A stretch of 32,000 nucleotides of DNA. It comes from Flavobacteriaceae bacterium (GTDB lineage: Bacteria; Bacteroidota; Bacteroidia; Flavobacteriales; Flavobacteriaceae). The position numbers and the translations under genes were made by a program. The DNA lies in the NCBI GenBank assembly GCA_965224465.1, contig OZ245049.1:360001-392000 (forward strand). The letters are read 5' to 3'. Below, one piece after another: positions 26,876 to 32,000 of this stretch (positions are counted from its first letter, which is position 1; each line of letters starts with the position of its first letter). Under the pieces are notes generated by a model that was not told the DNA's origin, did no database searches, and saw only the letters and a program-made list of their open reading frames with translations.

Positions 26876-27039
26876 AAGTTATTATTAATGCTTGTCCAAT
26901 TTAACTCATCTTTTTTGATGGAATTATAATGTATTGACTTAAAAATTTTATCAAAGAATATTTCTTCTTTAGTCTTTTCTTTTTTAGCACAAGAATATAG
27001 TAACACCACAAGGATTAAGAATAATATTGGGGTTTTCAT
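26876..27039 (-). pseudogene. N-terminal fragment (lipoprotein signal) of the gene interrupted by IS30
   Basis: MKTPILFLILVVLLYSCAKKEK...DELNWTSINNN. The track ORF then reads into the IS30 end. Confidence 0.45.
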
Positions 27040-27082
27040 ATTTATTTTATTGTAATGATATAAAACGCATGTTGGCAAATCG

Positions 27083-27622
27083 TTATATATTCACTTGCTC
27101 TTTTATTCTTCCAATTAGGTATTCAAAATCGGATTTCAAATGCGTTCGATTTTTCTCGATTAGAGTCAGTAATTCAATTTTCGAATTGTCTTCTAATAAA
27201 ATGAACAATTTACCATTAAAGGTGTCTTTGTAATTATTTATTTCGTAGGTCAAATCTTGAATATCTTGTGTTTCGTATTTTTTCGACTCATTTTTAGATA
27301 ATAACTCTATTGAATTTGGAGAAAATACTTTTTTATACTTGCTGTTCTTTGATAATTTATAAGCATTCCCTATCATTACAAAACCACTTCCACCGAGAAG
27401 TAAAACAATAATTTTAAGTACCTGACTCATAGGTATATCCAATCTATTAATCAAACCAGCAAAGAAAAAAGATAACAGAATAATAAGTGCCCCAACTATA
27501 TACTTAATCATTACTTTTTTAGTTTTTCCAATTGTTAGCGTTTGAGAATTCTCGTCATAATCGAAAATTAAATGATGTCTTTTAAATTTTAAACCTAACG
27601 TGTACAATACTTTTTTATCCAT
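27083..27622 (-). CDS. hypothetical membrane protein (two central TM helices)
   Basis: 179 aa. It is bracketed by 11-nt inverted boxes TGTTGGCAAAT (27070-27080) and GTTTGCCAACA (27636-27646). Confidence 0.65.
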   Translation of the reverse strand: MDKKVLYTLGLKFKRHHLIFDYDENSQTLTIGKTKKVMIKYIVGALIILLSFFFAGLINRLDIPMSQVLKIIVLLLGGSGFVMIGNAYKLSKNSKYKKVFSPNSIELLSKNESKKYETQDIQDLTYEINNYKDTFNGKLFILLEDNSKIELLTLIEKNRTHLKSDFEYLIGRIKEQVNI

Positions 27623-27635
27623 ATTTATATTTAAT

Positions 27636-27686
27636 GTTTGCCAACACTCATATAACCATAATAAGAACTAAAACATAATGGTATAT
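27636..27686 (-). other. partial attC-like site (R'-like box + one pair of arms)
   Basis: GTTTGCCAACA-CTC-ATATAACCATAAT-12 nt-ATAATGGTATAT. I found no convincing distal box. Confidence 0.3.
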
Positions 27687-28142
27687 CTATTTAGTCTACA
27701 GTATTGGGGGTATTATTAATTTACATTTCTAAACAGCGTCATATAATTTTGTTTAGCCTTGTAAATATACACTAAATAAGGATATACGAATGCTTTAATC
27801 ATTCAATTTATTGATAGCGAGGCTCGCTCGTATTTAGCGTGTAATAAGGGTGATATATACCTTGTGTAACTAGAGGTAAGCAATAAACCTTGGATAGATA
27901 ACAGTTTTAATAGTCTTAAAAATTATTGGTTTTAATAAGCGTGGTAGATACTGACTTTTCCTAAGAGTGATTTTAAAGATCAGAGCATCGGAATTTTATA
28001 AAACAACACTATATATTGAATCATAAAGTTCGTTTGTTAGAACCACGTATACCTTACTTAAAATTAAAAACATCCAACTTTACGTGAATCCATAAAAATA
28101 TAGCATGTAAAATTCAATCCGATAATAAAAATCTTAAACCAA

Positions 28143-28229
28143 ATAATCGTTGCTGGCTAATAAATCAAACCATACGAAACTATGTGCGTGGACTAGTCAA
28201 ATTGTATGAGTTTCACAACAAAGCCCCAA
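28143..28229 (+). pseudogene. fragment of the same tyrosine recombinase gene as 19010-19554
   Basis: ATCGTTGCTGGCTAATAAATCAAACCATACGAAACTATGTGCGTGGACTAGTCAAATTGTATGAGTTTCACAACAAAGCCCC aligns with 19105-19190. Confidence 0.6.
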
Positions 28230-28235
28230 TGGGAG

Positions 28236-28890
28236 GCCTTAAAAGAAACACGTCAGCATCATGATTTATCACTACCAGAGGGCTTAGAAATATTACTACA
28301 AGCTGAACAGTTAGATCGTGAAAATAGGCGTTTTGAACGCTAAAAACGAAGTGCTAAGTTTTGATATAGTGACAGTATAGAGGAGTTAAACTTTGAAACC
28401 TCTAGAGGCTTAAATAAATCACAAGTACCGAGCTTGCAACGGGAAACTACATTAAAAACGGAGAGTCAATACTTATAACAGGCTCCACTGGATGTGGTAA
28501 AAGCTTTACAGCATCGGCATTGGGACACAGAGCATGTTCTCAAAGAGTAAAGGTGTTATCCTATAACCTTCAAAAACTACTCACCATTATTAAAATGGCA
28601 CGTATTGATGAAAGTGTTTTTAAGCTATTGGAGAAAATATCAAAATCTGGATTATTGATACTCGACGATTTTGGAATAACTCATTTAAATAACCAGCAAC
28701 AAATGGATTTAATGGAACTAATTGAAGATCGATACGGAAAATCATCCACCATAATAGCGAGTCAATTACCCGTGGAAAACTGATATGAAATCATAGGAGA
28801 AGCAACCATAGCAGACGCCATTTTGGATCGATTAGTACACCGTTCTCACCGAATAGAATTAAAAGGAAAAAGTCTAAGAAAAAAACTGTA
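28236..28890 (+). pseudogene. istB: IS21 helper ATPase IstB, multiple stops and frameshifts
   Basis: Recognisable pieces lie in different frames: LPEGLEILLQAEQLDRENRRFER, GSTGCGKSF (Walker A), LLILDDFG (Walker B), DRYGKSSTIIASQLPVE and IADAILDRLVHRSHRIELKG. Confidence 0.75.
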
Positions 28891-28979
28891 ATTTTGTCAG
28901 TATCCCATTTTTAAGACCAAAATCTACAGAGGGGTCAACATCACCGGAATGAGGGGTCAACATCATCGGAATATCTACC

Positions 28980-29036
28980 TAGCTAGAACAAAAAATAATT
29001 CTATTTCTAAACCGTCACTTGAAAATGTATTTGGTA
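28980..29036. mobile_element. MITE right-half fragment
   Basis: TAGCTAGAACAAAAAATAATTCTATTTCTAAACCGTCACTTGAAAATGTATTTGGTA, truncated on the left by the IS21 remnant. Confidence 0.6.
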
Positions 29037-29115
29037 TTAATACAGCTATCAACAGCAATCAGTAGAGAAAATATTTACTACAAGTTAACACAGAATCTTA
29101 GATATTAACTGGACT

Positions 29116-29733
29116 TTATTCAGACTTAGTTTTTCGTAAATCTTTATACTTACAGTTTTTTGTTCTGTTACACTCAATAACATCACTATCAATATTTTTA
29201 TATAGGATTTCTAATAATTCTGTTCTTAATTTAAAAGGGCTCCTTTTTTCTGGTAAATCTATATAATTTGCTTCTTTGTCGTTTTTCATAGCGAAAATTA
29301 GAACACGTGCTCCTAAATAACCTTTTGTTCGATTTCCTTGAGCATTCTCTAAAAACGGCTTAATGGACAAGCTGTCATTGGTACACTTTATATTGTGTAC
29401 GTAAAAAATACATTTATTTTTATAGGTATAACTTGTTGTCTTTACTAATAATTCCTTTTCGTTTAAATTAAAAATGTAGCTTATAAAATTAGAACTACTA
29501 TTAGTTAACTCATCAGAATATTTAGTACCTGTATGTTTTACATCTTTTAATAATTTTAATACGCTTTTAAAATCAATTTTGGTTTGTATTTTTTTTTTGG
29601 CTTTTAGATTTTTTGTAACTGTGCTATCAAAAACAACAGTTTTAGTTATTGGTGTTTCTTTATCTATTTTAATAGTCTTTTTACAACAAACTATAAATGT
29701 TAAAATAAATAATATTATAAAATAGTTTTTCAT
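29116..29733 (-). CDS. hypothetical lipoprotein
   Basis: 205 aa with a signal and lipobox (FILTFIVCC). No recognisable domain. Confidence 0.65.
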   Translation of the reverse strand: MKNYFIILFILTFIVCCKKTIKIDKETPITKTVVFDSTVTKNLKAKKKIQTKIDFKSVLKLLKDVKHTGTKYSDELTNSSSNFISYIFNLNEKELLVKTTSYTYKNKCIFYVHNIKCTNDSLSIKPFLENAQGNRTKGYLGARVLIFAMKNDKEANYIDLPEKRSPFKLRTELLEILYKNIDSDVIECNRTKNCKYKDLRKTKSE

Positions 29734-29773
29734 AATTATTTCTTTTTATTTCTAAGTTGATAGATTTCTAATT

Positions 29774-30256
29774 TCATAGGGTATTTATCTCTCCAAGCGT
29801 GAACTGTTCCAAAAAATAATTTTCAAGCTGCTTACATATTCTTGGTAATACACCAACCATTTGGTCAATAAATTGAAATTCAAAAGTGTCATCTTTTTTA
29901 TTTACAATAACTGTAAAAGAATGGTAATCATTATCATAAGAACCAATAAAAACATAATTTCCATTATCGGGACAGTTACTTTTCATATAATCAATAGGAC
30001 TGTCTTTAAAGCCTTTTAAAGCAGTATCAGTATTTCCGGGTTGCCCACTACTTGTTAAAACTTCCTTATTGTAAATATCTACAACCGTAAATGTTTTTGA
30101 TGGTTCTGCGTAAGTTGCTGCTATTGTTTTGTTTCTTACACCGTGCGTTGTAGACTCTCCTGCTTTAACAAAATCATTTGGTGTCATTTTATTTGCAGAA
30201 GTCAAATGATTTTGGTCTTTTCCGAAATTTAAAACACTAGGACTATCTAAAAGCAT
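29774..30256 (-). CDS. hypothetical protein (no signal peptide)
   Basis: 160 aa. The frame stays open upstream to the IS256 end, so the N-terminus is uncertain. Confidence 0.55.
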   Translation of the reverse strand: MLLDSPSVLNFGKDQNHLTSANKMTPNDFVKAGESTTHGVRNKTIAATYAEPSKTFTVVDIYNKEVLTSSGQPGNTDTALKGFKDSPIDYMKSNCPDNGNYVFIGSYDNDYHSFTVIVNKKDDTFEFQFIDQMVGVLPRICKQLENYFLEQFTLGEINTL

Positions 30257-30272
30257 ATAAATTATAGGTTGT

Positions 30273-31675
30273 GTAATTTAAACTCTGTCTGCTTGTTTTT
30301 TTCTACGTTTTAAAATAGTTCGATTTTCTCTTCATAAGGCTGCTTTAAAAATCGAACTATTTTAAAATGAGCCCCAGCGGCTAGCGTCACGAATTGCTTC
30401 CGTTTTTATGTAAATCCAACGTTATTCGATCTTCAAATTTAATATATAATTGTTGAATTGTCAAGCACCAATTATGTAAAGGGTTTGTCCATTTTTTTTC
30501 GATATTTTTTGTTGCTAAGTAAACAAGCTTTAATAGTGCCATATCACTGGTAAAAGCCCCTTTTGTTTTAGTTACTTTTCTTACCTGTCTATGAAAACCT
30601 TCTACTGCATTTGTTGTGTAAATTATTTTTCTGATAGGTTCTGTATACTGAAAAAACTGAGATAACTCTTCCCAATTACGGTTCCAACTTTCTAAAACTA
30701 CAGGGTATTTTTCTCCCCATTTTTCTTCTAATTTCAATAACTCCAACTCAGCAATATCCTTATTAACAGCCTTGTAAACAAGCTTTAAATCTCGAATAAA
30801 TTCTTTTTGGTCTTTGGAAGCTATATACTTTAAAGAATTACGAATTTGATGAACAATACACTTTTGAATTTGTGTTTTAGGAAATACACTCAAGATAGCT
30901 TCTGAAAACCCTTTTAAGTTGTCTGTACAGGCAATTAGGATATCCTTAAGCCCTCTGTTATTAAGGTCTGTCAATACTTGAAGCCAAAAATTTGCGCCTT
31001 CACTTTCTGAAATATACATTCCTAAAACCTCTTTGATCCCTTCTTTATTTACTCCTAAAACATTGTAAAGTGCTTTGTGTTGTATTTTACCGTCTACTTT
31101 TACCTTGTAATGCATAGCGTCAAGCCAAACAATGCAGTACATCTGTTCTATTGGACGACTTTGCCATTGTTTTATATCTGGTATGATCTTATCTGTAATT
31201 TGACTTAAAACAGTGTGTGATATATCTGTATCATACATCTCTTTTATATGACCAGAAATATCGCGTAAGCTCATTCCTAGGCCGTATAATCCAATGATCT
31301 TATCTGATAAATTATCTGCTAAAATGGTTTGACGCTTTTTTATCAGAACAGGCTCGAAACTACTATTTCTATCCGCTGGCGTGCTTATTTCAAAACTACC
31401 AATACTAGTTTTAACAGTCTTTTTGCCCTTTCCATTACGTTTATTCCCTTTAGAACGTTCCTCTTCACTAAGGTGTGATTCCATTTCTGCTTCCAATGCT
31501 TTCTCAAGAAATTGTTTCATTAAAGGAGCAAAGGCACCTTCTTTTCCGAATAAACTTTTTCCTGATAATAATTGATCCAATGCCTTTTTTTCAATGTTGG
31601 CTAACTCGTCTTTTGTCATGTTTTCTGTTTGAATAAAGTTAATACTTTTTTTTATTCAGACAGAGTTGAGTTTAC
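30273..31675 (-). mobile_element. IS256-family insertion sequence (~1.4 kb)
   Basis: Terminal IRs GTAATTTAAACTCTGTCTG (30273-30291) / CAGACAGAGTTGAGTTTAC (31657-31675). No flanking direct repeat was detected. Confidence 0.8.
30387..31619 (-). CDS. IS256 (Mutator-type) family transposase
   Basis: 410 aa. FAPLMKQFLEKALEAEMESHL, WLDAMHYKV, CTDNLKGF, QKCIVHQIRN and TTNAVEGFHRQVRKVTK are the family signatures. Confidence 0.93.
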   Translation of the reverse strand: MTKDELANIEKKALDQLLSGKSLFGKEGAFAPLMKQFLEKALEAEMESHLSEEERSKGNKRNGKGKKTVKTSIGSFEISTPADRNSSFEPVLIKKRQTILADNLSDKIIGLYGLGMSLRDISGHIKEMYDTDISHTVLSQITDKIIPDIKQWQSRPIEQMYCIVWLDAMHYKVKVDGKIQHKALYNVLGVNKEGIKEVLGMYISESEGANFWLQVLTDLNNRGLKDILIACTDNLKGFSEAILSVFPKTQIQKCIVHQIRNSLKYIASKDQKEFIRDLKLVYKAVNKDIAELELLKLEEKWGEKYPVVLESWNRNWEELSQFFQYTEPIRKIIYTTNAVEGFHRQVRKVTKTKGAFTSDMALLKLVYLATKNIEKKWTNPLHNWCLTIQQLYIKFEDRITLDLHKNGSNS

Positions 31676-32000
31676 AGTCCCAGTTATCCTTAAAAACTTG
31701 CCATTTACGCCATCTATTCTGTAAACTTTAATGTCTTTAAGGTTATATTTTTCATTTCCATCTAATACAACTTGCCATTCTGGTTTTGCATTTGGGAATT
31801 CGTTTAAATTATTGTGTGTTAAATTAAACCCTGTAACCTGATAATTTTCAATGTCTTTTTTTGCAATTCTCTTTACTATTTCTATAGCTTCAGCCCAACA
31901 TATTTTATAGCCTTTTTCGTAGTCTATTACTTTCGTTATTTTTCCTTGTTCATTGTAATGAGTTTCTTTATTTATTTTAGAATTACCATTTTCATATTTA
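31655..32000 (-). CDS. hypothetical protein, 5' end beyond the right edge, 3' end truncated by IS256
   Basis: My translation of the minus strand from 31999 is open for 108 codons (...KVIDYEKGYKICWAEAIEIVKRIAKKDIENYQVTGFN...YRIDGVNGKFLRITGT). It then runs 7 codons into the IS256 inverted repeat, ending at TAA 31657-31655. Confidence 0.4.

Larger units (their letters stand above)
27943..28979 (+). mobile_element. IS21-family remnant (istA lost, istB degraded)
   Basis: The candidate ends are GGTAGATACTGAC... (27943) and ...GGAATATCTACC (28979). The right end carries a tandem 22-mer GAGGGGTCAACATCAYCGGAAT x2, typical of multi-repeat IS21 termini. Confidence 0.5.

Noticed and set aside
29048-29110. 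TATCAACAG...GTAG/CTAC...AAGTTAACAC downstream of the stop at 29116 as an attC-like site
   Set aside because: The arms are very short and asymmetrically spaced, and the candidate boxes do not match the blocks on either side. This is too weak to call.
1-32000. CRISPR arrays, rRNA genes, prophage structural genes
   Set aside because: I saw no regularly spaced direct repeats of 25-40 nt, no rRNA-like conserved stretches, and no capsid, terminase or tail ORFs in any frame of the track.

Overview
All calls were made by eye from the sequence and the ORF track. No searches or folding programs were run, and repeat and IS ends are good to about +/-5 bp. The window is a visibly AT-rich, Bacteroidota (Flavobacteriia-like) chromosomal segment with two distinct halves. 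(1) 1-13.7 kb is ordinary core and glycan-utilisation DNA. It carries recG, an RsmB-like rRNA methyltransferase, an Fn3-endonuclease I lipoprotein and a TetR regulator with a methyltransferase. It also carries two GH20 beta-N-acetylhexosaminidases (one with a PA14 domain) and a formylglycine-type sulfatase. The long intergenic gaps hold copies of a ~160 bp MITE. (2) 13.7-32 kb is an accessory region in which every non-IS ORF lies on the minus strand. These ORFs are small and functionally unrelated. Several are separated by 50-90 bp GC-enriched imperfect palindromes with CACAAC...GTTGTG outer boxes, which look like integron attC sites. No integron integrase is in the window, so this would be a CALIN-like cassette array, or one whose intI lies beyond the right edge. 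The region is heavily colonised by mobile DNA: an intact IS66 with a perfect 8-bp target duplication splitting a small membrane-protein gene, an IS30, an IS256, an IS21 remnant, four fragments of a tyrosine-recombinase/IS91-type element, and MITEs. Cargo includes an AbiJ-like HEPN protein followed in the same block by a tRNA-like element, an SRPBCC plus methyltransferase pair, an M14 carboxypeptidase, and several membrane, secreted or lipoprotein ORFs of unknown function. The best novelty candidates are the integron-like cassette architecture in a Bacteroidota background and the HEPN plus tRNA-like cassette.
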